DNA from: the human T2T-CHM13v2.0 reference genome, Homo sapiens
NCBI RefSeq assembly: GCF_009914755.1
Contig: NC_060926.1
DNA: 64,000 nt
Strand: one strand, 5' to 3'
This document shows, in pieces, positions 10,301-23,600 of the stretch. The notes under the pieces are model-generated. The model was not told the DNA's origin and did not search any database. It saw only the letters and a list, made by a program, of their open reading frames with translations. A program made the position numbers and the translations under genes. Position 1 is the stretch's first letter, and each line of letters begins with the position of its first letter.

Positions 10301-13300
10301 GTTTTGAAACACTCTTTTTGTAATATCTGCAAGAGGATATTTGGATAGCTTTGAGGATTTCGTTGGAAACGGGATTGTCTTCATATAAACTCTAGACAGA
10401 AGCATTCTCAGAAGCTTCATTGGGATGTTTCAATTGAAGTCACAGTGTTGAACAGTCCCTTTCATAGAGCAGGTTTGAAACACTCTTTTTGTAGTATCTG
10501 GAAGTGGACATTTGGAGCGCTCTCAGTACTGCGGTGAAAAAGGAAATATCTTCCAATAAAAGCTAGATAGAAGCAATGTCAGAAACTTTTTCATGATGTA
10601 TCTACTCAGCTAACAGAGTTGAACCTTCCTTTGAGAGAGCAGTTTTGAAACACTCTTTTTGTGGAATCTGCAAGTGGATATTTGTCTAGCTTTGAGGATT
10701 TCGTTGGAAACGGGATTACATATAAAAAGCAGACAGCAGCATTCCCAGAAACTTCTTTGTGATGTTTGCATTCAAGTCACAGAGTTGAACATTCCCTTTC
10801 ATAGAGCAGGTTTGAAACACTCTTTTTGTAGTATCTGGATGTGGACTTTTGCAGCGCTTTCAGGCCTAAGGTGAAAAAGGAAATATCTTCCCCTGAAAAC
10901 TAGACAGAAGCATTCTCAGAAACTTATTTGTGATGTGCGCCCTCAACTAACAGTGTTGAAGCTTTCTTTTGATAGAGCAGTTTTGAAACACTCTTTTTGT
11001 AATATCTGCAAGAGGATATTTGGATAGCTTTGAGGATTTCGTTGGAAACGGGATTGTCTTCATATAAACTCTAGACAGAAGCATTCTCAGAAGCTTCATT
11101 GGGATGTTTCAATTGAAGTCACAGTGTTGAACAGTCCCTTTCATAGAACAGGTTTGAAACACTCTTTTTGTAGTATCTGGAAGTGGACATTTGGAGCGCT
11201 CTCAGGACTATGGTGAAAAAGGAAATATCTTCCAATAAAAGCTACATAGAAGCAATGTCAGAAACTTTTTCATGATGTATCTACTCAGCTAACAGAGTTG
11301 AACCTTTCCTTTGAGAGAGCAGTTTTGAAACACTCTTTTTGTGGAATCTGCAAGTGGATATTTGTCTAGCTTTGAGGATTTCGTTGGAAACGGGATTACA
11401 TATAAAAAGCAGACAGCAGCATTCCCAGTAACTTCTTTGTGATGTTTGCATTCAAGTCAGAGAGTTGAACATTCCCTTTCATAGAGCAGGTTTGAAACAC
11501 TCTTTTTGTAGTATCTGGATGTGGACATTTGGAGCGCTTTCAGGCCTATGGTGAAAAAGGAAATATCTTCTCCTGAAAACTAGACAGAAGCATTCTCAGA
11601 ATCTTATTTGTGATGTGCGCCCTCAACTAACAGTGTTGAAGCTTTCTTTTGATAGAGCAGTTTTGAAACACTCTTTTTGTAATATCTGCAAGAGGATATT
11701 TGGATAGCTTTGAGGATTTCGTTGGAAACGGGATTGTCTTCATATAAACTCTAGACAGAAGCATTCTCAGAAGCTTCATTGGGATGTTTCAATTGAAGTC
11801 ACAGTGTTGAACAGTCCCTTTCATAGAGCAGGTTTGAAACACTCTTTTTGTAGTATCTGGAAGTGGACATTTGGAGAGATCTCAGGAATACGGTGATAAA
11901 GGAAATATCTTCCAATAAAAGCTAGATAGAAGCAATGTCAGAAACTTTTTCATGATGTATCTACTCAGCTAACAGAGTTGAACATTTCTTTTGAGAGAGC
12001 AGTTTTGAAACACTCTTTTTGTGGAATCTGCAAGTGGATATTTGTCTAGCTTTGAGGATTTAGTTGGAAACGGGATTACATATAAAAAGCAGACAGCAGC
12101 ATTCCCAGTAACTTCTTTGTGATGTTTGCATTCAAGTCACAGAGTTGAACATTCCCTTTCATACAGCAGGTTTGAAACACTCTTTTTGTAGTATCTGGAT
12201 GTGGACATTTGGAGCGCTTTCAGGCCTATGGTGAAAAAGGAAATATCTTCCCCTGAAAACTAGACAGAAGAATTCTCAGAATCTTATTTGTGATGTGCGC
12301 CCTCAACTAACAGTCTTGAAGCTTTCTTTTGATAGAGCAGTTTTGAAACACTCTTTTTGTAAAATCTGCAAGAGGATATTTGGATAGCTTTGAGGATTTC
12401 GTTGGAAACGGGATTGTCTTCATATAAACTCTAGACAGAAGCATTCTCAGAAGCTTCATTGGGATGTTTCAATTGAAGTCACAGTGTTGAACAGTCCCTT
12501 TCATAGAGCAGGTTTGAAACACTCTTTTTGTAGTATCTGGAAGTGGACATTTGGAGAGATCTCAGGAATACGGTGATAAAGGAAATATCTTCCAATAAAC
12601 GCTACATAGAAGCAATGTCAGAAACTTTTTCATGATGTATCTACTCAGCTAACAGAGTTGAACCTTCCTTTGAGAGAGCAGTTTTGAAACACTCTTTTTG
12701 TGGAATCTGCAAGTGGATATTTGTCTAGCTTTGAGGATTTCGTTGGAAACGGGATTACATATAAAAAGCAGACAGCAGCATTCCCAGAAACTTCTTTGTG
12801 ATGTTTGCATTCAAGTCACAGAGTTGAACATTCCCTTTCATAGAGCAGGTTTGAAACACTCTTTTTGTAGTATCTGGATGTGGACATTTGCAGCGCTTTC
12901 AGGCCTAAGGTGAAAAAGGAAATATCTTCCCCTGAAAACTAGACAGAAGCATTCTCAGAAACTTATTTGTGATGTGCGCCCTCAACTAACAGTGTTGAAG
13001 CTTTCTTTTGATAGAGCAGTTTTGAAACACTCTTTTTGTAATATCTGCAAGAGGATATTTGGATAGCTTTGAGGATTTCGTTGGAAACGGGATTGTCTTC
13101 ATATAAACTCTAGACAGAAGCATTCTCAGAAGCTTCATTGGGATGTTTCAATTGAAGTCACAGTGTTGAACAGTCCCTTTCATAGAACAGGTTTGAAACA
13201 CTCTTTTTGTAGTATCTGGAAGTGGACATTTGGAGCGCTCTCAGGACTATGGTGAAAAAGGAAATATCTTCCAATAAAAGCTACATAGAAGCAATGTCAG

Positions 13301-15668
13301 AAACTTTTTCATGATGTATCTACTCAGCTAACAGAGTTGAACCTTTCCTTTGAGAGAGCAGTTTTGAAACACTCTTTTTGTGGAATCTGCAAGTGGATAT
13401 TTGTCTAGATTTGAGGATTTCGTTGGAAACGGGATTACATATAAAAAGCAGACAGCAGCATTCCCAGTAACTTCTTTGTGATGTTTGCATTCAAGTCACA
13501 GAGTTGAACATTCCCTTTCATAGAGCAGGTTTGAAACACTCTTTTTGTAGTATCTGGATGTGGACATTTGGAGCGCTTTCAGGCCTATGGTGAAAAAGGA
13601 AATATCTTCCCCTGAAAACTAGACAGAAGAATTCTCAGAATCTTATTTGTGATGTGCGCCCTCAACTAACAGTCTTGAAGCTTTCTTTTGATAGAGCAGT
13701 TTTGAAACACTCTTTTCGTAAAATCTGCAAGAGGATATTTGGATAGCTTTGAGGATTTCGTTGGAAACGGGATTGTCTTCATATAAACTCTAGACAGAAG
13801 CATTCTCAGAAGCTTCATTGGGATGTTTCAATTGAAGTCACAGTGTTGAACAGTCCCTTTCATAGAGCAGGTTTGAAACACTCTTTTTGTAGTATCTGGA
13901 AGTGGACATTTGGAGAGATCTCAGGAATACGGTGATAAAGGAAATATCTTCCAATAAACGCTACATAGAAGCAATGTCAGAAACTTTTTCATGATGTATC
14001 TACTCAGCTAACAGAGTTGAACCTTTCTTTTGAGAGAGCAGTTTTGAAACACTCTTTTTGTGGAATCTGCAAGTGGATATTTGTCTAGCTTTGAGGATTT
14101 CGTTGGAAACGGGATTACATATAAAAAGCAGACAGCAGCATTCCCAGTAACTTCTTTGTGATGTTTGCATTCAAGTCACAGAGTTGAACATTCCCTTTCA
14201 TACAGCAGGTTTGAAACACTCTTTTTGTAGTATCTGGATGTGGACATTTGGAGCGCTTTCAGGCCTATGGTGAAAAAGGAAATATCTTCCCCTGAAAACT
14301 AGACAGAAGAATTCTTAGAATCTTATTTGTGATGTGCGCCCTCAACTAACAGTGTTGAAGCTTTCTTTTGATAGAGCAGTTTTGAAACACTCTTTTTGTA
14401 AAATCTGCAAGAGGATATTTGGATAGCTTTGAGGATTTCGTTGGAAACGGGATTGTCTTCATATAAACTCTAGACAGAAGCATTCTCAGAAGCGTCATTG
14501 GGATGTTTCAATTGAAGTCACAGTGTTGAACAGTCCCTTTCATAGAGCAGGTTTGAAACACTCTTTTTGTAGTATCTGGATGTGGACATTTGGAGCGCTT
14601 TAAGCCTATGGTTTAAAAGGAAATATCTTCCCCTGAAAACTAGACAGAAGCATTCTCAGAAACTTATTTGTGATGTGCGCCCTCAACTAACAGTGTTGAA
14701 GCATTCTTTTGATAGAGCAGTTTTGAAACACTCTTTTTGTGGAATCTGCAAGTGGATATTTGTCTAGCTTTGAGGATTTCGTTGGAAACGGGATTACATA
14801 TAAAAAGCAGACAGCAGCATTCCCAGAAACTTCTTTGTGATGTTTGCATTCAAGTCACAGAGTTGAACATTCCCTTTCATAGAGCAGGTTTGAAACACTC
14901 TTTTTGTAGTATCTGGATGTGGACATTTGCAGCGCTTTCAGGCCTAAGGTGAAAAAGGAAATATCTTCCCCTGAAAACTAGACAGAAGCATTCTCAGAAA
15001 CTTATTTGTGATGTGCGCCCTCAACTAACAGTGTTGAAGCTTTCTTTTGATAGAGCAGTTTTGAAACACTCTTTTTGTAATATCTGCAAGAGGATATTTG
15101 GATAGCTTTGAGGATTTCGTTGGAAACGGGATTGTCTTCATATAAACTCTAGACAGAAGCATTCTCAGAAGCTTCATTGGGATGTTTCAATTGAAGTCAC
15201 AGTGTTGAACAGTTCCTTTCATAGAACAGGTTTGAAACACTCTTTTTGTAGTATCTGGAAGTGGACATTTGGAGCGCTCTCAGGACTATGGTGAAAAAGG
15301 AAATATCTTCCTATAAAAGCTACATAGAAGCTATGTCAGAAACTTTTTCATGATGTATCTACTCAGCTAACAGAGTTGAACCTTTCCTTTGAGAGAGCAG
15401 TTTTGAAACACTCTTTTTGTGGAATCTGCAAGTGGATATTTGTCTAGCTTTGAGGATTTCGTTGGAAACGGGATTACATATAAAAAGCAGACAGCAGCAT
15501 TCCCAGTAACTTCTTTGTGATGTTTGCATTCAAGTCACAGAGTTGAACATTCCCTTTCATAGAGCAGGTTTGAAACACTCTTTTTGTAGTATCTCTATGT
15601 GGACATTTGGAGCGCTTTCAGGCCTATGGTGAAAAAGGAAATATCTTCCCCTGAAAACTAGACAGAAG

Positions 15669-16004
15669 CATTCTCAGAAACTTATTTGTGATGTGCGCCC
15701 TCAACTAACAGTGTTGAACCTTTCTTTTGATAGAGCAGTTTTGAAACACTCTTTTTGTAATATCTGCAAGAGGATATTTGGATAGCTTTGAGGATTTCGT
15801 TGGAAACGGGATTACATATAAAAAGCAGACAGCAGCATTCCCAGAATCTTGTTTGTGATGTTTGCATTCAAGTCAGAGTTGAACATTCCCTTTCAGAGAG
15901 CAGGTTTGAAACACTCTTTTTATAGTATCTGGATGTGGACATTTGGAGCGCTTTCAGGCCTATGGTGAAAAAGGAAATATCTTCTCCTGAAAACTAGACA
16001 GAAG
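15669..16004 (+). repeat. 2-mer structural variant (A/C hybrid + D with 2-bp deletion), 336 bp; also at 28579-28914, 30955-31290, 36052-36386, 37067-37404
   Basis: A-type sequence runs up to the CENP-B box, followed by the C-type tail (acatataaaaagcagac). The next D carries aatcttgtttg, tttcagagag and tttatagt. Confidence 0.88.
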
Positions 16005-17649
16005 CATTCTCAGAATCTTATTTGTGATGTGCGCCCTCAACTAACAGTGTTGAAGCTTTCTTTTGATAGAGCAGTTTTGAAACACTCTTTTCGTAAAATC
16101 TGCAAGAGGATATTTTGATAGCTTTGAGGATTTCGTTGGAAACGGGATTGTCTTCATATAAACTCTAGACAGAAGCATTCTCAGAAGCTTCATTGGGATG
16201 TTTCAATTGAAGTCACAGTGTTGAACAGTCCCTTTCATAGAGCAGGTTTGAAACACTCTTTTTGTAGTATCTGGAAGTGGACATTTGGAGAGATCTCAGG
16301 AATACGGTGATAAAGGAAATATCTTCCAATAAAAGCTAGATAGAAGCAATGTCAGAAACTTTTTCATGATGTATCTACTCAGCTAACAGTGTTGAACCTT
16401 TCTTTTGAGAGAGCAGTTTTGAAACACTCTTTTTGTGGAATCTGCAAGTGGATATTTGTCTAGCTTTGAGGATTTCGTTGGAAACGGGATTACATATAAA
16501 AAGCAGACACCAGAATTCCCAGTAACTTCTTTGTGATGTTTGCATTCAAGTCACAGAGTTGAACATTCCCTTTCATAGAGCAGGTTTAAAACACTCTTTT
16601 TGTAGTATCTGGATGTGGACATTTTGAGCGCTTTGAGGCCTATGGTGAAAAAGGAAATCTCTTCCCCTGAAAACTAGACAGAAGAATTCTCAGAATCTTA
16701 TTTGTGATGTGCGCCCTCAACTAACAGTGTTGAAGCTTTCTTTTGATAGAGCAGTTTTGAAACACTCTTTTTGTTAAATCTGCAAGAGGATATTTGGATA
16801 GCTTTGAGGATTTCGTTGGAAACGGGATTGTCTTCATATAAACTCTAGACAGAAGCATTCTCAGAACCTTCATTGGGATGTTTCAATTGAAGTCACAGTG
16901 TTGAACAGTTCCTTTCATAGAACAGGTTTGAAACACTCTTTTTGTAGTATCTGGAAGTGGACATTTGGAGCGCTCTCAGGACTATGGTGAAAAAGGAAAT
17001 ATCTTCCAATAAAAGCTACATAGAAGCAATGTCAGAAACTTTTTCATGATGTATCTACTCAGCTAACAGAGTTGAACCTTTCCTTTGAGAGAGCAGTTTT
17101 GAAACACTCTTTTTGTGGAATCTGCAAGTGGATATTTGCTTAGCTTTGAGGATTTCGTTGGAAACGGGATTACATATAAAAAGCAGACAGCAGCATTCCC
17201 AGTAACTTCTTTGTGATGTTTGCATTCAAGTCACAGAGTTGAACATTCCCTTTCATAGAGCAGGTTTGAAACACTCTTTTTGTAGTATCTGGATGTGGAC
17301 ATTTGGAGCGCTTTCAGGCCTATGGTGAAAAAGGAAATATCTTCTCCTGAAAACTAGACAGAAGCATTCTCAGAATCTTATTTGTGATGTGCGCCCTCAA
17401 CTAACAGTCTTGAAGCTTTCTTTTGATAGAGCAGTTTTGAAACACTCTTTTTGTAAAATCTGCAAGAGGATATTTGGATAGCTTTGAGGATTTCGTTGGA
17501 AACGGGATTGTCTTCATATAAACTCTAGACAGAAGCATTCTCAGAAGCTTCATTGGGATGTTTCAATTGAAGTCACAGTGTTGAACAGTCCCTTTCATAG
17601 AGCAGGTTTGAAACACTCTTTTTGTAGTATCTGGAAGTGGACATTTGGA

Positions 17650-20600
17650 GAGATCTCAGGAATACGGTGATAAAGGAAATATCTTCCAATAAACGCTACA
17701 TAGAAGCAATGTCAGAAACTTTTTCATGATGTATCTACTCAGCTAACAGAGTTGAACCTTTCTTTTGAGAGAGCAGTTTTGAAACACTCTTTTTGTGGAA
17801 TCTGCAAGTGGATATTTGTCTAGCTTTGAGGATTTCGTTGGAAACGGGATTACATATAAAAAGCAGACAGCAGCATTCCCAGTAACTTCTTTGTGATGTT
17901 TGCATTCAAGTCACAGAGTTGAACATTCCCTTTCATACAGCAGGTTTGAAACACTCTTTTTGTAGTATCTGGATGTGGACATTTGGAGCGCTTTCAGGCC
18001 TATGGTGAAAAAGGAAATATCTTCCCCTGAAAACTAGACAGAAGAATTCTTAGAATCTTATTTGTGATGTGCGCCCTCAACTAACAGTGTTGAAGCTTTC
18101 TTTTGATAGAGCAGTTTTGAAACACACTTTTTGTAAAATCTGCAAGAGGATATTTGGATAGCTTTGAGGATTTCGTTGGAAACGGGATTGTCTTCATATA
18201 AACTCTAGACAGAAGCATTCTCAGAAGCGTCATTGGGATGTTTCAATTGAAGTCACAGTGTTGAACAGTCCCTTTCATAGAGCAGGTTTGAAACACTCTT
18301 TTTGTAGTATCTGGATGTGGACATTTGGAGCGCTTTAAGCCTATGGTTTAAAAGGAAATATCTTCCCCTGAAAACTAGACAGAAGCATTCTCAGAAACTT
18401 ATTTGTGATGTGCGCCCTCAACTAACAGTGTTGAAGCATTCTTTTGATAGAGCAGTTTTGAAACACTCTTTTTGTGGAATCTGCAAGTGGATATTTGTCT
18501 AGCTTTGAGGATTTCGTTGGAAACGGGATTACATATAAAAAGCAGACAGCAGCATTCCCAGAAACTTCTTTGTGATGTTTGCATTCAAGTCACAGAGTTG
18601 AACATTCCCTTTCATAGAGCAGGTTTGAAACACTCTTTTTGTAGTATCTGGATGTGGACCTTTGGAGCGCTTTCAGGCCTATGGTGAAAAAGGAAATATC
18701 TTCCCCTGAAAACTAGACAGAAGCATTCTCAGAATCTTATTTGTGATGTGCGCCCTCAACTAACAGTGTTGAAGCTTTCTTTTGATAGAGCAGTTTTGAA
18801 ACACTCTTTTTGTAATATCTGCAAGAGGATATTTGGATAGCTTTGAATATTTCGTTGGAAACGGGATTGTCTTCATATAAACTCTAGACAGAAGCATTCT
18901 CAGAAGCTTCATTGGGATGTTTCAATTGAAGTCACAGTGTTGAACAGTCCCTTTCATAGAGCAGGTTTGAAACACTCTTTTTGTAGTATCTGGAAGTGGA
19001 CATTTGGAGCGCTCTCAGTACTGCGGTGAAAAAGGAAATATCTTCCAATAAAAGCTAGATAGAAGCAATGTCAGAAACTTTTTCATGATGTATCTACTCA
19101 GCTAACAGAGTTGAACCTTCCTTTGAGAGAGCAGTTTTGAAACACTCTTTTTGTGGAATCTGCAAGTGGATATTTGTCTAGCTTTGAGGATTTCGTTGGA
19201 AACGGGATTACATATAAAAAGCAGACAGCAGCATTCCCAGAAACTTCTTTGTGATGTTTGCATTCAAGTCACAGAGTTGAACATTCCCTTTCATAGAGCA
19301 GGTTTGAAACACTCTTTTTGTAGTATCTGGATGTGGACATTTGCAGCGCTTTCAGGCCTAAGGTGAAAAAGGAAATATCTTCCCCTGAAAACTAGACAGA
19401 AGCATTCTCAGAAACTTATTTGTGATGTGCGCCCTCAACTAACAGTGTTGAAGCTTTCTTTTGATAGAGCAGTTTTGAAACACTCTTTTTGTAATATCTG
19501 CAAGAGGATATTTGGATAGCTTTGAGGATTTCGTTGGAAACGGGATTGTCTTCATATAAACTCTAGACAGAAGCATTCTCAGAAACTTCTTTGGGATGTT
19601 TCAATTGAAGTCACAGTGTTGAACAGTCCCTTTCATAGAACAGGTTTGAAACACTCTTTTTGTAGTATCTGGAAGTGGACATTTGGAGCGCTCTCAGGAC
19701 TATGGTGAAAAAGGAAATATCTTCCAATAAAAGCTACATAGAAGCAATGTCAGAAACTTTTTCATGATGTATCTACTCAGCTAACAGAGTTGAACCTTTC
19801 CTTTGAGAGAGCAGTTTTGAAACACTCTTTTTGTGGAATCTGCAAGTGGATATTTGTCTAGCTTTGAGGATTTCGTTGGAAACGGGATTACATATAAAAA
19901 GCAGACAGCAGCATTCCCAGTAACTTCTTTGTGATGTTTGCATTCAAGTCACAGAGTTGAACATTCCCTTTCATAGAGCAGGTTTGAAACACTCTTTTTG
20001 TAGTATCTGGATGTGGACATTTGGAACGCTTTCAGGCCTATGGTGAAAAAGGAAATATCTTCTCCTGAAAACTAGACAGAAGCATTCTCAGAATCTTATT
20101 TGTGATGTGCGCCCTCAACTAACAGTGTTGAAGCTTTCTTTTGATAGAGCAGTTTTGAAACACTCTTTTTGTAATATCTGCAAGAGGATATTTGGATAGC
20201 TTTGAGGATTTCGTTGGAAACGGGATTGTCTTCATATAAACTCTAGACAGAAGCATTCTCAGAAGCTTCATTGGGATGTTTCAATTGAAGTCACAGTGTT
20301 GAACAGTCCCTTTCATAGAGCAGGTTTGAAACACTCTTTTTGTAGTATCTGGAAGTGGACATTTGGAGAGATCTCAGGAATACGGTGATAAAGGAAATAT
20401 CTTCCAATAAAAGCTAGATAGAAGCAATGTCAGAAACTTTTTCATGATGTATCTACTCAGCTAACAGAGTTGAACCTTTCTTTTGAGAGAGCAGTTTTGA
20501 AACACTCTTTTTGTGGAATCTGCAAGTGGATATTTGTCTAGCTTTGAGGATTTCGTTGGAAACGGGATTACATATAAAAAGCAGACAGCAGCATTCCCAG

Positions 20601-23600
20601 AATCTTCTTTGTGATGTTTGCATTCAAGTCACAGAGTTGAACATTCCCTTTCATACAGCAGGTTTGAAACACTCTTTTTGTAGTATCTGGATGTGGACAT
20701 TTGGAGCGCTTTCAGGCCTATGGTGAAAAAGGAAATATCTTCCCCTGAAAACTAGACAGAAGAATTCTCAGAATCTTATTTGTGATGTGCGCCCTCAACT
20801 AACAGTCTTGAAGCTTTCTTTTGATAGAGCAGTTTTGAAACACTCTTTTTGTAAAATCTGCAAGAGGATATTTGGATAGCTTTGAGGATTTCGTTGGAAA
20901 CGGGATTGTCTTCATATAAACTCTAGACAGAAGCATTCTCAGAAGCTTCATTGGGATGTTTCAATTGAAGTCACAGTGTTGAACAGTCCCTTTCATAGAG
21001 CAGGTTTGAAACACTCTTTTTGTAGTATCTGGAAGTGGACATTTGGAGAGATCTCAGGAATACGGTGATAAAGGAAATATCTTCCAATAAACGCTACATA
21101 GAAGCAATGTCAGAAACTTTTTCATGATGTATATACTCAGCTAACAGAGTTGAACCTTTCTTTTGAGAGAGCAGTTTTGAAACACTCTTTTTGTGGAATC
21201 TGCAAGTGGATATTTGTCTAGCTTTGAGGATTTCGTTGGAAACGGGATTACATATAAAAAGCAGACAGCAGCATTCCCAGTAACTTCTTTGTGATGTTTG
21301 CATTCAAGTCACAGAGTTGAACATTCCCTTTCATACAGCAGGTTTGAAACACTCTTTTTGTAGTATCTGGATGTGGACATTTGGAGCGCTTTCAGGCCTA
21401 TGGTGAAAAAGGAAATATCTTCCCCTGAAAACTAGACAGAAGAATTCTTAGAATCTTATTTGTGATGTGCGCCCTCAACTAACAGTGTTGAAGCTTTCTT
21501 TTGATAGAGCAGTTTTGAAACACTCTTTTTGTAAAATCTGCAAGAGGATATTTGGATAGCTTTGAGGATTTCGTTGGAAACGGGATTGTCTTCATATAAA
21601 CTCTAGACAGAAGCATTCTCAGAAGCGTCATTGGGATGTTTCAATTGAAGTCACAGTGTTGAACAGTCCCTTTCATAGAGCAGGTTTGAAACACTCTTTT
21701 TGTAGTATCTGGATGTGGACATTTGGAGCGCTTTAAGCCTATGGTTTAAAAGGAAATATCTTCCCCTGAAAACTAGACAGAAGCATTCTCAGAAACTTAT
21801 TTGTGATGTGCGCCCTCAACTAACAGTGTTGAAGCATTCTTTTGATAGAGCAGTTTTGAAACACTCTTTTTGTGGAATCTGCAAGTGGATATTTGTCTAG
21901 CTTTGAGGATTTCGTTGGAAACGGGATTACATATAAAAAGCAGACAGCAGCATTCCCAGAAACTTCTTTGTGATGTTTGCATTCAAGTCACAGAGTTGAA
22001 CATTCCCTTTCATAGAGCAGGTTTGAAACACTCTTTTTGTAGTATCTGGATGTGGACCTTTGGAGCGCTTTCAGGCCTATGGTGAAAAAGGAAATATCTT
22101 CCCCTGAAAACTAGACAGAAGCATTCTCAGAATCTTATTTGTGATGTGCGCCCTCAACTAACAGTGTTGAAGCTTTCTTTTGATAGAGCAGTTTTGAAAC
22201 ACTCTTTTTGTAATATCTGCAAGAGGATATTTGGATAGCTTTGAATATTTCGTTGGAAACGGGATTGTCTTCATATAAACTCTAGACAGAAGCATTCTCA
22301 GAAGCTTCATTGGGATGTTTCAATTGAAGTCACAGTGTTGAACAGTCCCTTTCATAGAGCAGGTTCGAAACACTCTTTTTGTAGTATCTGGAAGTGGACA
22401 TTTGGAGCGCTCTCAGTACTGCGGTGAAAAAGGAAATATCTTCCAATAAAAGCTAGATAGAAGCAATGTCAGAAACTTTTTCATGATGTATCTACTCAGC
22501 TAACAGAGTTGAACCTTCCTTTGAGAGAGCAGTTTTGAAACACTCTTTTTGTGGAATCTGCAAGTGGATATTTGTCTAGCTTTGAGGATTTCGTTGGAAA
22601 CGGGATTACATATAAAAAGCAGACAGCAGCATTCCCAGAAACTTCTTTGTGATGTTTGCATTCAAGTCACAGAGTTGAACATTCCCTTTCATAGAGCAGG
22701 TTTGAAACACTCTTTTTGTAGTATCTGGATGTGGACATTTGCAGCGCTTTCAGGCCTAAGGTGAAAAAGGAAATATCTTCCCCTGAAAACTAGACAGAAG
22801 CATTCTCAGAAACTTATTTGTGATGTGCGCCCTCAACTAACAGTGTTGAAGCTTTCTTTTGATAGAGCAGTTTTGAAACACTCTTTTTGTAATATCTGCA
22901 AGAGGATATTTGGATAGCTTTGAGGATTTCGTTGGAAACGGGATTGTCTTCATATAAACTCTAGACAGAAGCATTCTCAGAAACTTCATTGGGATGTTTC
23001 AATTGAAGTCACAGTGTTGAACAGTCCCTTTCATAGAACAGGTTTGAAACACTCTTTTTGTAGTATCTGGAAGTGGACATTTGGAGCGCTCTCAGGACTA
23101 TGGTGAAAAAGGAAATATCTTCCAATAAAAGCTACATAGAAGCAATGTCAGAAACTTTTTCATGATGTATCTACTCAGCTAACAGAGTTGAACCTTTCCT
23201 TTGAGAGAGCAGTTTTGAAACACTCTTTTTGTGGAATCTGCAAGTGGATATTTGTCTAGCTTTGAGGATTTCGTTGGAAACGGGATTACATATAAAAAGC
23301 AGACAGCAGCATTCCCAGTAACTTCTTTGTGATGTTTGCATTCAAGTCACAGAGTTGAACATTCCCTTTCATAGAGCAGGTTTGAAACACTCTTTTTGTA
23401 GTATCTGGATGTGGACATTTGGAACGCTTTCAGGCCTATGGTGAAAAAGGAAATATCTTCTCCTGAAAACTAGACAGAAGCATTCTCAGAATCTTATTTG
23501 TGATGTGCGCCCTCAACTAACAGTGTTGAAGCTTTCTTTTGATAGAGCAGTTTTGAAACACTCTTTTTGTAATATCTGCAAGAGGATATTTGGATAGCTT

